A DNA stretch of 35,033 nucleotides from Dimargaris cristalligena. Taxonomy: Eukaryota. A program made the position numbers and the translations under genes. The number at the start of each line of letters is the position of its first letter. Position 1 is the stretch's first letter. The notes under the pieces are model-generated. The model was not told where the DNA came from, ran no database searches, and saw only the letters and a list, made by a program, of their open reading frames with translations. Below, piece after piece: positions 1 to 11,188 of this stretch. The DNA is taken from positions 1-35,033 of the forward strand of contig ML002384.1 in the NCBI GenBank assembly GCA_003614675.1, read 5' to 3'.

Positions 1-210
1 TGATGAGTTTACGAATATATCTGGCTAATGATGATATCAAATATAAATGTGAGTGATATTTGATGTGTTTCTCACTTGCTATGATATTGCAAGGTTATAA
101 AATAATAAATCAAGACTTCGCTGATAAAAGGATATAGTAATGGGAACTGATTAATAAAGAAATACTGCGGTTAACTAATTAGTCTCAGGTCCTACCACAA
201 CATAACATAA

Positions 211-285
211 GCCTTATTAGCTCAGTTGGTTTAGAGCGTCGTGCTAATAACGCGAAGGTCACAGGTTCGATCCCTGTATGAGGCA
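211..285 (+). tRNA. tRNA-Ile (anticodon AAU), intronless
   Basis: Acceptor stem GCCTTAT(211-217)/ATGAGGC(278-284) with discriminator A285. D arm TAGCTCAGTTGGTTTAGAGC (A box). Anticodon stem TCGTG/CGCGA with loop CTAATAA, AAT at 246-248. T arm ACAGG-TTCGATC-CCTGT (B box). No encoded CCA. Confidence 0.97.
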
Positions 286-291
286 TTCTAA

Positions 292-303
292 TTTTGATTT
301 TTT
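292..303 (+). terminator. Pol III oligo-T terminator of tRNA-Ile
   Basis: TTTTGATTTTTT a few nt downstream of the tRNA 3' end. Confidence 0.7.
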
Positions 304-422
304 GGATACAGATATATCAAGATTTCCTTAACAAACAATGACCCTATTTACACTTTTATGAATGGTATCTAGAAAAATGAAATTATATGGTGTCTTTATG
401 GTTATCCAAAAATAAACCGGTA

Positions 423-1994
423 TTATTTTTGAAACAGGCCAAGGCCAAGCTCTCTGTTTTTTTCGGCCATTTTACGGAAACGATCAATCGTAGCTTGTTC
501 CTTGGCCTTATGTGAATCCACCATGTCTTGGATATCAGCCGCCTTGGCCTCGATTTTCTTTTCCCGTTGCTGCTCCCGATCTCCACGTCGGGACTGTTGC
601 GATTGGATTCTAGTATAGAATCACAGTATAGGTCCAGTTGAGAGGGTTTTAGGTATTAGAAGTCTAGATCATGGATTCTTTATCCATATGCTCAAAGGAA
701 GGACTGGTAGAAAGCCATACAAGACGAACGAGATACTTCAACTTACCTAGCCTGAAAGCTGTCTCCACTGCCGTGTAGCTCGTTATCATTGAGCTCCGGC
801 TGCGTATCTCTTTCGGAGCGGTGGTATGCCGTTTGAAGGCGGCGCTTTTCCATCATGGCTTCCCTGTAGTATACAAAAAAGCAGTGGCACAAATACATGG
901 CGGGAAATCCATTGTATCGTTTAGCAAGCGCTATAGTTAGCCGCCCTCACTAGAGTTGTTTCCATGTCAGAGAGTGCTGAAGAGTAAGTCGACAAACCGG
1001 GATAACATCGACGGAATAGGGGAGGCCAAAATTACCTTCCAGTTTCCTTGGGCATCATTTCTTCTAAAGCCGTCTCGTGGGTGGTGCGAAAATCGCGCCG
1101 TTCGCGCCGCAAGTTGTCGTTTCGAGCCCGCCAGGAATCTTCTTGTTTCATTAACCGGTCCCGGTCATCGCCGGGAGGGCGAGAGGGGCCTTGGGAAGAC
1201 CTACCCTGCGGGTTGGGTCCTATTTGGGGCCTCTGGGACCACCGGGTAGTTCGGTCCTTATTAGGCAGGACCATCTCCGCCGTGTCTTTCGCGACCGATT
1301 CACGCAGATCGTCCAACTTGTCAGTATCCTATAGGGATATGGTTAATTTAGTAGCCATTCATTCCTAGACCAAGCGGAGTAGGTATCATTAGTTCTAGTT
1401 TAAAAATATTATCCAAAAGGCGGATGAGGCTCAATAATAGTGTAGTATAGTAACGGGCCAACCACGCCCTGTCATACTTACCATATTTTTAGTAAAACCC
1501 CATTCGTAGCGGGTCTTGGCCCGACTGTCAAGATCGGAGGATTTAATCCCGGAGTAGTATTTACCTGGGGGATACAGATGACGATAAATACATTATTGTG
1601 GTTGAAGAATGAATATATGTGAGAATACCGCGACCGCTGAAAATAAACGGTTAGGTGTTTTCGGGGTTGTCCCATTTTTATAAATAGAATATTCCCTATA
1701 AATACCTGATAACTCCCCGGCGTTCCATTTGGTGACGAATTTCTTGAAGTAGCTGCGAGCCTCTTTAGAATCGAGTTCGTCAAAGTAGACGCTCTTTTTT
1801 CGAAGTAACCAGAGGCGAAATTCGGAGTTGCGCGCATAAAAGTCCTCGGGCCCAATTGGCTTGACAGTTGAGGAAGCGTCCCGTCGGTCGGCCGAATCTT
1901 TTGGCTTGTCCCGTTCTGAATGCCTACGGCGTGGCTCAGGCGAGACGGAGCGACGGGAGGAAGTTTTTCTATACGAGCGGGATTCCTTGGGCAT
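423..1994 (-). CDS. SCI1 (style/stigma cell-cycle inhibitor 1)-like Arg/Ser-rich protein, about 322 aa, 5 exons
   Basis: Phase-consistent exons 1994-1706, 1564-1482, 1328-1036, 863-747, 609-423 with GT-AG boundaries. RS-rich N-terminus, then EDFYARNSEFRLWL..YFDELDSKEARSYFKKFVTKWNAGELSGKYYSGI..RYEWGF, resembling the plant SCI1 core. Then EEMMPKETGREAMMEKRR and a coiled-coil C-terminus ending LFQK*. Confidence 0.85.
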
Positions 1995-2495
1995 GGTGGT
2001 TCCAAATGCGATGCTAGAGGCACTTCAAAGGCTTATAAGCAAAGTTAACAATGGAAGGGAAAGGCCAAAAGAAAGACGAGATGGGTCAAATGCATCAAAG
2101 GGGAGAAGAACTGGCCAGCGGCTACAGTATGGATATTATTTTGGTGTCGCCTTCCTTAGCCCAAATAAGGCATACAGTGTGGTGAAGAGAGGTTTCTCCA
2201 TTAAGCTGCGTGGATTGGATGAAATATCCAAGACTGGAAAGACTGCCTGATCGTGTGACTTGCACTGGTAGTGTTAGAGGGAAATACATCCCTCCTTCCT
2301 ATCTTCATGGGACTGTTACTAATCGAGGAATAGCCGTAGTGGTGGGTTCTTCTTACGCATAGCAGTCCTTTGTCCCCCACTCTTTAAGTTCCTTCTTTAC
2401 TCCCCAACCGTTCCTTGCCTTTACTTCCTGTCTTAAGTTTTCGCATTGTCTCCTCATTTGCCCACTTCTGCGTTGTCAACTTCCCCTTTAGCACC

Positions 2496-3853
2496 ATGTC
2501 CTTGACCAACCGGGATACGAATGTACTTGACGCACTTTTCGAAGGAGGTAAGTACAATGTGATAAAACCCTGTGCTTGCACCGAAGCCGCTGTGGGGGCG
2601 ACTCATACTTCTACCCCATTAACTAACCTCAACACTATCATGCCACTGGCTATTCTAACCACCATAAACCGCATTATTTCCTCGAAATACCCCACCCCCA
2701 CTCTAACTAAACTAGGCGGCGACATCACGTCCGCCGGTCTCCAAGGCATTAAAGAGTCAAACACGGCCCTCCCAGCTGGTATGTCTTCCCTCATCCAGTA
2801 CTAACTACGGTTGACCACCATCCTATACACCCAGAGATGAATGAATAGCCTAAGTCGCAATATACTTACCGGAATAACCCCCTCCCTTAGTTTAGGCTAA
2901 AATAGCTGGTTATCGTAGTGTGTCCCTTCGCCATAGTTACTAATCAGTCGACTCTTTGCCACATTTTCCTGTCCTGATTGTTCCGATAGAGGAATTTTCC
3001 CCGGTATCGCCCATACCCGAGACCATGCTAGCGGGCCTAAAGAAACGTGAGGTTGAGGGCGTCGCGTTAGCCGAAAAGGACGATTTGGATGGTGCCCTAT
3101 TGCATTTCTCGGCCGTGATCAGCCAATGTGCCAAGTATGCGTCAGCTTACAACAACCGGTAGGTAGATTGGTGCCCACTATTACTAATAGCTACCGCCTG
3201 GAACCCATCGCCATCTATCCATGGCGGCTAATTAGAAAATGTTTGAAATAGACCCTACCACTACCTCTCCCGGCCCTGCACTTTTTACTGGACTAATGGT
3301 TAAGAAATATGCCTATTAGCATCCCTGTTAACCGACAACCTCTTAGTGCCCAGGTCTACCGCCTGCAGAACCAATATGACGCCGCCCTTGATGATCTTGC
3401 CATGGCATTGAAATATTCTAACGGAGATCCTAAAGTCCTTAAACAGGTACGCATGCGACATACGAGTTTTACCCTAATTTTGCAAAGAATTTGAAGCGGG
3501 TTTTTTATACGCCCGGGTGCATTCTACCCATGGTCTATTAAACTGCTTACGGTATAGATTTCTGGCTAAGAGGTCGTATGATCTTGGCACGCCCCATCTA
3601 TTTATCACTAACATAACGATTTGCCAACTCTTGAATTCCACATCCACCCTATCTACGCCATTAGGCTTATACCCAGCGAGCCATCATTAAGCGAGCCCGC
3701 GGAGACACTGACGGTGCCTTTTACGACTTCGAATTAGGAGGGAAATACGGAAATCCCGTGGCCAAAGACGCGGCTGTCCTCGAAAACCCCTACTCCAAAC
3801 TCTGTAACGCGATTATGAAGGAGAGTTTAGCCCAGATGTACCAGCAGAAATAA
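2496..3853 (+). CDS. TTC36: Tetratricopeptide repeat protein 36 homolog, about 190 aa, 5 exons
   Basis: Exons 2496-2547, 2716-2778, 2990-3158, 3347-3446, 3665-3853, phase-consistent. Motifs: DTNVLDALF, EVEGVALAEKDDLDGAL, YASAYNNRAQVYRL, QAYTQRAII, and C-terminal NPYSKLCNAIM typical of TTC36. Confidence 0.9.
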
Positions 3854-4422
3854 TCTAACATGGCTTATTTTAGGGCACTGGAAATATCTTGCACTTCCTA
3901 TTTGTTTCATTCATTAAGTCGACTATATTTAAACTATTAGTAAATACTGTACACCGTTCATACTATTTTTACATTCCAATTGAAAGCTACTATGGTGATA
4001 ACTGGCCATACTTTATTCATTAATTCCCCGGTGGGTTGATATTTGTGGCGACCAGTTCTGCCCATCAATCAAACGACAAGTATACGCATACCAAGTATCT
4101 CAGGGGAGGGGGTTGTGTCGAAACTTCCAATAAGTAAGACGTTTATAAATACAAGAACGAATAAAAAAATTGCAAGAAACAAAAGAAAATATAAACATGA
4201 AAAATGGCGGCTTTTTAATAATAAAAAAAGGAATTAAAAAAATAATAGAAGCCGCCGGGGCTCCAAAATAATGGCAAATTAAACTAGGGTTAAGTGAACC
4301 CGTCTACCGGTATATACCGCCAAACCCAGTCCCAATAAAACAAAAAGGGGGCTGCATGAACATTAGCATTAAGTTGAATAGAAGAAAAAGGGAAAATACG
4401 AGAAAGGCACGACCAAAACGGA

Positions 4423-6075
4423 CTACATGGCAAACGAATTGCAGTTACAGGCCAGTGCCGTCACTCCGAAACTGAGCACGGAACCAAAGGCCATTCCGAA
4501 TACCAAGAAGAAGCTCATCACCGTACCGGCCCGTTCCTTGTCCAGGGCCACCTGGGGACCAGTCATCATGGCCAGCGAGCCCCAGTAACCATTGGAAATA
4601 CCAAAGAGGGCCACGATCACGAAGAAGGCGATATCGCTACGGATGAGCACGGGGACCAGACGGGTGACGGTGGCGGGGAACACGCTATTACTGAATAAGA
4701 AAAGGGGAACGAACACCAAATGGGAGAGGGCGCCGAACAGAACCACGCGGGAGTTAAGGAAGCGCAGCCAGGGGAACATGGAGAACCACCGCCCCGTCCA
4801 GTCGCCGATATTAAAGAGAACAAAGTGGATTTCCACGAAAGGGATGCGTGCGAAATTGAGCGGCTGAACGGCAGCCGTCAGTGCGGGGAAGACGGAGAAG
4901 GTCACGGCGAACAATAGGGCAATGGTGAAGATCAGCGAAGGGATAGAGCGTGCAGTGGCCTTAACCAGGTGCCAATTGTCGCGGAAGGGAGGGGCACTGC
5001 TGTTCTGGCTGTCCTTGGGGAGGAAATGCCGGTAGAAGGGGAGACGCTGTAAGACGACAAAGAGACCCAACACCAGGATGCAAACCACCGAGGCTATTAG
5101 GAAATAGGCAAAGGCCCGAAGCTCCAGGGCCAAGTCGTCGGTGTCCCGGCGAACGGGCGGCGAGTGCGGGGAATAGCCCCAGTCATCCTGGCTGGTGTAG
5201 CCGGGGAAGGGGGTGGGGTCGTAGCTCCGGTCCTGGGAGTAGTTGTGATCGATGGTAGGCGACTGGACCTGGTCCTGGGACCGCAGCGTGGAGGCGGCAG
5301 TCACGAGCTGGACAATGGACACCACCACACCCGCCACAGCCTGGCCACTCAGTACCCCCTGGATATAAAGCGGGGGGAACCGGGACACTAGAGCAAACAG
5401 GGCACACTGCATCAGTGAACTGCTCATGGCTCCGAGCGTGAGCATGGCTAGAGTGAGGCCAAAGAATGTAGTGCCCTGAAGGGAGGCGATGCGGGTGAAT
5501 ATAGTCATGCACATAAAAATGACCACATTGACCGCCAGAGTGATTAGAATAACCGGACGGGGCTTAATGCGGTGCTGCTGGGAGATGCAGACTGCGATAA
5601 CTACCAGATTGGTCAAGGTATAGGAGGTCGAGAACCAGTTTTGGAAATTCATTTGATATGGGCTACCGGCGAATTTGACCCGGAAGAACTCGGAGGCGGT
5701 GATAAACACATTCCAGGGCAGAAGTAAGGCCAGACCCAGAGCGAGGAAAATGAGGTAGGACAGGCGCCACGAGTCGGCCGGGGTCAAGTCCTCATGGTCG
5801 TCCACTCGCACACCGTCCACCCAGCGGGTATCGGCGGGGTGAACCGCGATTTCAAATTCGGAGGAATGGCGAGAGTCCTCACTCGTGCGGGCGGGTAGCT
5901 TGGTGCCGTCGCCGGACTTGGCGTCTCTCAGGAGAGGGTCCATGTTGGCAAGATGCCTCGGGGTCAGCTTGGACGGCCCATAGCCCCCACTTCTGGACGT
6001 AGGCTGGGGCAGTGGGTAGCCGCTCATTGAGCCGAGGGACTCGGTGTCCCCGAAATTCGAAGGGTTGTCTCGCAT
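4423..6075 (-). CDS. Equilibrative nucleoside transporter (ENT/SLC29 family, Fun26-like), 550 aa, intronless CDS
   Basis: Long ORF with about 11 hydrophobic segments. ENT signatures LGLALLLPWNVFITASEFF, SGQAVAG, TFSVFPALT, FNIGDWTGR, LFGISNGYWGSLAM. Confidence 0.95.
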   Translation of the reverse strand: MRDNPSNFGDTESLGSMSGYPLPQPTSRSGGYGPSKLTPRHLANMDPLLRDAKSGDGTKLPARTSEDSRHSSEFEIAVHPADTRWVDGVRVDDHEDLTPADSWRLSYLIFLALGLALLLPWNVFITASEFFRVKFAGSPYQMNFQNWFSTSYTLTNLVVIAVCISQQHRIKPRPVILITLAVNVVIFMCMTIFTRIASLQGTTFFGLTLAMLTLGAMSSSLMQCALFALVSRFPPLYIQGVLSGQAVAGVVVSIVQLVTAASTLRSQDQVQSPTIDHNYSQDRSYDPTPFPGYTSQDDWGYSPHSPPVRRDTDDLALELRAFAYFLIASVVCILVLGLFVVLQRLPFYRHFLPKDSQNSSAPPFRDNWHLVKATARSIPSLIFTIALLFAVTFSVFPALTAAVQPLNFARIPFVEIHFVLFNIGDWTGRWFSMFPWLRFLNSRVVLFGALSHLVFVPLFLFSNSVFPATVTRLVPVLIRSDIAFFVIVALFGISNGYWGSLAMMTGPQVALDKERAGTVMSFFLVFGMAFGSVLSFGVTALACNCNSFAM

Positions 6076-7848
6076 GTCGACTCAAAGGAGTAAGAGGATT
6101 GCTATTTAGACAAGTGTCGGATAGTGGTTGAAGGAAGGAGGTATGGAGTATGGGGTATGAGGAAGGAGGAAGGAGGAAGGAGGGAGGCCCGGTAATGTGA
6201 AGTTAAGGGCAAGCGTGCAATGCGCAGGCCCAAATGGGGGGAATATGTGTGTGTATAAAGGGTTTGGAAGAGTGGTATAGGGAAGAGCAGTCTAGTAGAG
6301 TCACAGAAACAAACTAGTCCAGTCCAACGGGGAATATCTAGGGCAGCACGGCTTGTCGTTGAAGGTAGATAGTTAAATTATTTGCAACTTGGCCAATTAA
6401 GTGGGTAGCGGTGTTCAAGGTGTTGGTGTGAAGGAGAAGGGGAGGAGGATCCCAGGTCATGTGAGAGCGGGGGGCTGAGACGGCAGACAACGAGTGTGGT
6501 GGTGGATTTAACAAGTGAATCAACTAAGGGTTAGGTTGGTGGCTAAGGTCAGTCAAAAAGTAGTAGAGGGTAGATTGGATACACTAAAAGGCTGATAAGT
6601 CATTGGTTCCAAACCAAAATAAAAAGGCTCATGCAATCTGCGGCGGCGGTCAGAATTAATCTATAAAAATCAGCGTAATAATCGGTGGTTGAGGACGAAA
6701 TCGCTGCGGGTAGTCAGTAGTGCCCAGTGGGTAACCCAGAGACCTGCAGGGCAGTAGGTTCCAGCTGCGATTGATATCTTCTGACTAAACACCAGGTGTG
6801 GCTCGGAAAATAGCAGTGGGAACACCGGTGGGGTCGATTCCCAGCGACCCACCCGATTTGGATTGCCACAGCAGCTGATCCAAATGATATAAGAGACGGG
6901 TGGGGCCCGCAGGTCAGCCGACTTGTCAGGGGTATCCGTGGAATAAGGGGTATATCGAAGACTGTTGGATAGTTGGAATAGCGGCTTACCTACCGTAAGG
7001 GCAGTGAGTTTACGTAAGGGGAGGTGGCTTCGGAGCAACGGATAATAAAGAGGGTAAAGGAAATAATTAAAAAGAGAAAGAAGGCAAAAGGTAAGATGAA
7101 TCCCAAAGGCGTAGGCCAAAGGACGCGAGCCGGCGATACGGGACATGCAGACGCATTAGCACCAGAGGGCCTTACTTAGAAGGAGTTTTATATTATCGCA
7201 GGGACTAGCCAGCAATGCGCATATAGCCTTGTTGGGTGAATGCGTATAGCCAATGGCTTGCGGTGCGACCGTCCTGCTCTTATGAAACGAATATCCAGCC
7301 CCGTGTATATGCGCGCGCGCGTTCGCAAGCCTACGTCCTTAAATCTCGCCGCGAGGTTCTTCATGGCTCAGCCTCCCCCTGCCTTTTCCTTTTTTTCGCT
7401 TCTGTTATCGTCCATTGGCTGCGCGTGTCCGCTGCTTAGTGTGTGTGTAAGTAGCCGTGTCCAACCCTGTGGTTCCGCAACCGAGAGCGAGGCGCTGGAT
7501 CCTGTGCTCGCTCCCCAAAATCCCCATCCCTCTCGTTTTGTGAAGAGGTCCTCCCTGGCCTACGCCAACCCTATTAACAGGTATGTGTATGTAAAAGCAA
7601 TAAGTGGATTTACCGATCCCTTAATATGCTTTATAGACCCGTAGAATCGTGGCCCAGATGAGGAGGGGATAGTAGGCCGCATACGGTATTCTGCACTAAG
7701 CGAACATGCTACCCCCGCTGCTGGAAATTGGCTATAGTCCATCATATTCACCGTCGGGCGGCATGGTCGGAGCCCTGTTATCTGGGCTGCAGCCCTTTAA
7801 CCAAAACTATGGACCGCTGCTGTTTCATGAACCTAGGTGTTATTGATA

Positions 7849-10644
7849 ATGACCAATGGTTTCGCTAAACGATCCTATCGGGACCACCTTGATGCTACAC
7901 AGGCCCAAGTAAAGGTAACCTAATCACACTATGCAGCTTGTATTATTGGATAGGGCAGTGGTCAAACTGGAGGACCAAAGAGGGTCCAAGAGATGGTTTT
8001 TGTTTCGCATTTCCCCTCAGCCATGTCGCCCACCATTACCCAACTCTTATAACCAAGGCCCAGTAACAGGTCTAAATCTAGGCACAGCAGACTTGGTCAG
8101 GTTTTATTGGTCCACGCTACTGTAACCCACTCCCCGTTTTAATGATATTTCTACTTTGCGAGTCGACCCTAAGGATTCTAAAAAGTGAAATATGGTCAGG
8201 CCACCCGACTAGAACTTGGTTTCCCCATCGCAGCTGTTTAAGACACCCCAATCCCCCTCAATTATAAAAAATTAAGGGCGCACTCACACTAGATTTTAAG
8301 CGAGCAATACTTCATGGCTAACGCCTCTATATTACCACAAATCTAGGCCAGCGATGAGAAACGCCCGAAAGTGAACAGCGAGCCGCCCAAAGACATATTC
8401 TCGTTATTTGACGAGTCGGCCTCGGTCGAGGTGCCCCCTTCCGAGGCTCTATTTTTAGGTACAGCTCCGTTACTTCCTGTGGGGAGGTTGGCATTCTGAC
8501 ACTTGGCTTGCACAGGGCTACATATCGGGCCTAGCCCATCCCGCTTATGGGTCAGGGAGACTCAGGTAGTACAAGGTCGCCTCTGCCATCGGAAGGCCGT
8601 TGAAAGTATATTCCCCCACTGATGCATCCGTCAGTGATTCAAAATGGATATATTAACGGCTGCTCTCGAGGATGGGTGCCGATATATATATATATTGACC
8701 TTTCTTCCAAACGTCCCAAGCAGTGAAAAAACAGTTCTCTAAACAAAATCTCGAATTGACCCACGCTAACGTACAGCTGGGACTCCAACTTCGGCAATCC
8801 ACCGAGGCCCAGTGTCGGTTAATGACGGAAAATGTGGAGCTCCGGACCCAACTGGCCCAAATTCGCTCACAGCTGTGGGTTCACCAGCAGAGTCTGTTGC
8901 AGCAAAGGGAAATGAGGCAACATATGACGGGACACGTATCGGTAAGGTTTGGTGATCTTCTATTTAAACTCGCACACACCTTAGCCTATGCCTCAATCAC
9001 CAGTTGGCTGTAGGAAGTCATATGAGGTTTAGAGTTTTCCGACTGAAATTTGATCTTGCGTCAGCATTATTTATCAACAGCAATGTGCCTCACTTCTAGA
9101 GTCTATTGCCCATAGTCTGAATTTGGTCCACGATCCCCGCTTGTCCTCGCCCAGTACCGTCCGCCGAAATTCAATTCATGGGACCACTAGGATCATACCT
9201 TCTCCGTACCATACTGGGGTACCTCGACGTAGGCCCGCCGAAGTACAAGTAGGTGATTTATTATTATCAAGGGCATTAATACAATCAAATATTATCTGCA
9301 TAGCCTCTTGGGCAGCAATGTTTAAAAATCTTGGCGCGTTTGACCATTTACCGTTACAGTGCTATGGTTGGTCTTTTTACCCCCGCAACACCTTTGACAG
9401 GTAGCCCAACAAATGCCCAAATCTGAAAAAACTACTAGAGCACCCCCAGAATTACACACTACAACGCCAGAACTCAGGTAAAGGCCCGTCGCCGGCAGTA
9501 CTGAAATAATAGTACTTTATTATGGCAGCTGATTTCGACCAAGTAGCTAAATCAGCCACTCTTAGCAAAACATATAATATGATTAACTGTGATGGCACTG
9601 TCCCAAGGCTATAATATCACCGCCTAAAATCCAGGGGCGGCTCATTAATTAATGCAGGGGTTAGGTTTAATTTTGGTATTGTCCTCTTCACTTTGCGCCT
9701 TATATCCATAGTACGATCCCGGACAGATTGAATGCGATAATCGACACTGGTTAGCTCACCTTAACAATATTAGTTTCCCGCCAACTTAAACTTGGGACAT
9801 GTTAAGGGGTTAAGTGGCCAAATGGTTAACCATGCATTTTAAACTATCTGGTCTATTTTTGGCGCCGGTCTGTGATATGCCATGTTAATAACATTTTATA
9901 AAGACAGTGTCGATATATCTTGCCACTCTCTCAACAATGACTCGGCCAATATCGTAGACCTGGGGTCAACCGGCTTGGTCCCTGAGAGCACAGGTAAATT
10001 TAGCTATGAAGCCTTCCAAATCGGAGTAACTAGTTTTTATGATCAACGGCGAAATTTGGCCTACCTTGTGCACTTGCTGACCTATTCCTATTTGTTCGGA
10101 TGAATGGAGCTATTGATAATAATAGACCCTATCAACCCGACACCTACCGCATACACGCCTAGGATTATCTAGGCGATTAATCCAAAACTTCATCTTGGAC
10201 GAGACTCGTCAACTTTAGTAGTCTGTGATTCACTATTTGGGCAAAGAAGTAGCTAAGCCGACTAACCCATCTGTAGTCGCCCGACTCTGCTGTATCTCGC
10301 ATTCAATATCAATTAGAAGCCAAACATCCTGCAGACGTCATACCAAACGCGGCGACCGAGGAAATAGAGGCCGTATCCAATAGCTCAGTGCGGCGCTCTA
10401 GTCGGGTACCGAGGCCTGCCTGCTATATCGAGCCCAGTCTACGCAGGTTAGTTATTAGCAGAGCACTGTCCGTCGAATCACCTAAATTAAAACGTAAAAT
10501 CTCCATTGTTGAATTTTGGCTGTGGTTCCTAACCGATGGCGACCTATATACCCACTGTATTTGCCTTTGTGCCCGCATTGGACTTGGATATTTCCGACTA
10601 GTAAATTGCGAAAGGGCGACCCATTCACCTTTTACTCTGACTGA
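7849..10644 (+). CDS. SGO1: Shugoshin (centromeric cohesion protector), about 313 aa, 9 exons
   Basis: Exon 8724-8941 encodes the Shugoshin_N coiled coil KKQFSKQNLELTHANVQLGLQLR..LMTENVELRTQL. Exons 10317-10446 and 10602-10644 splice to the SGO motif RRSSRVPRPACYIEPSLRSKLRKGDPFTFYSD*. Phase-consistent model for the rest: 7849-7914, 8347-8458, 9081-9248, 9401-9477, 9712-9749, 9904-9993. The start and middle exons are less certain than the two domains. Confidence 0.85.
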
Positions 10645-11188
10645 TAATATCCGTCGCCATACTCATCATCATCCTGCCACCTACTTCATATTATACCAGT
10701 TACGGGTCAACGACACCTGAAATAATTCGTGATGTTGCTTTCACCAGAGAGCACTGACTACTAAGTAATAAATAGTTATACAGCCAACAATGCCTCGCCG
10801 TGATTAAGAGGCTCTATTCAGCAGATGGTGGTTTTAGCGGTAAAATAATGGAAGTTTACCCGTTTCATGCATATCCCACTTTCTCATACTAATGTCGGGG
10901 TAAATAGCTGGTGTGGGCCATAGTGTGGTAATCCTTCACTGGTAACAAGCCCAGTTGGTGCCTGTTCAGCGGCTTGCTAATTTCATTGCAATCGTCGACT
11001 GATTGGACGCACATCTCCGTGTCGAGTGCCAAACTTACCCGGGTCCTAAGGGGTTGCCCTGTGTTATTATTCTCCAACGACTAAGGTCCGATTCTCTGCT
11101 TCATTCTATTAGTTAGTCCATCCTGCGCCTACTTAATTCAGTGACCACCGTTTAAGAGAATCCTCTTCCCCACGTCCTACCCGATCTC

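Noticed and set aside
1..200. AT-rich stretch with TGATGA...CTGA (C/D snoRNA-like) and a short ATG frame with a GTGAGT donor
   Set aside because: No terminal stem or recognisable guide; the implied intron (about 45 nt) is far shorter than others here; the region is cut by the window edge.
2862..2872. ATACTTACC here and CTTACCTGGC at 30057 resemble the U1 snRNA 5' end
   Set aside because: No U1 stem-loop I/II motifs or Sm site follow; these are reverse complements of donor-like sequences.
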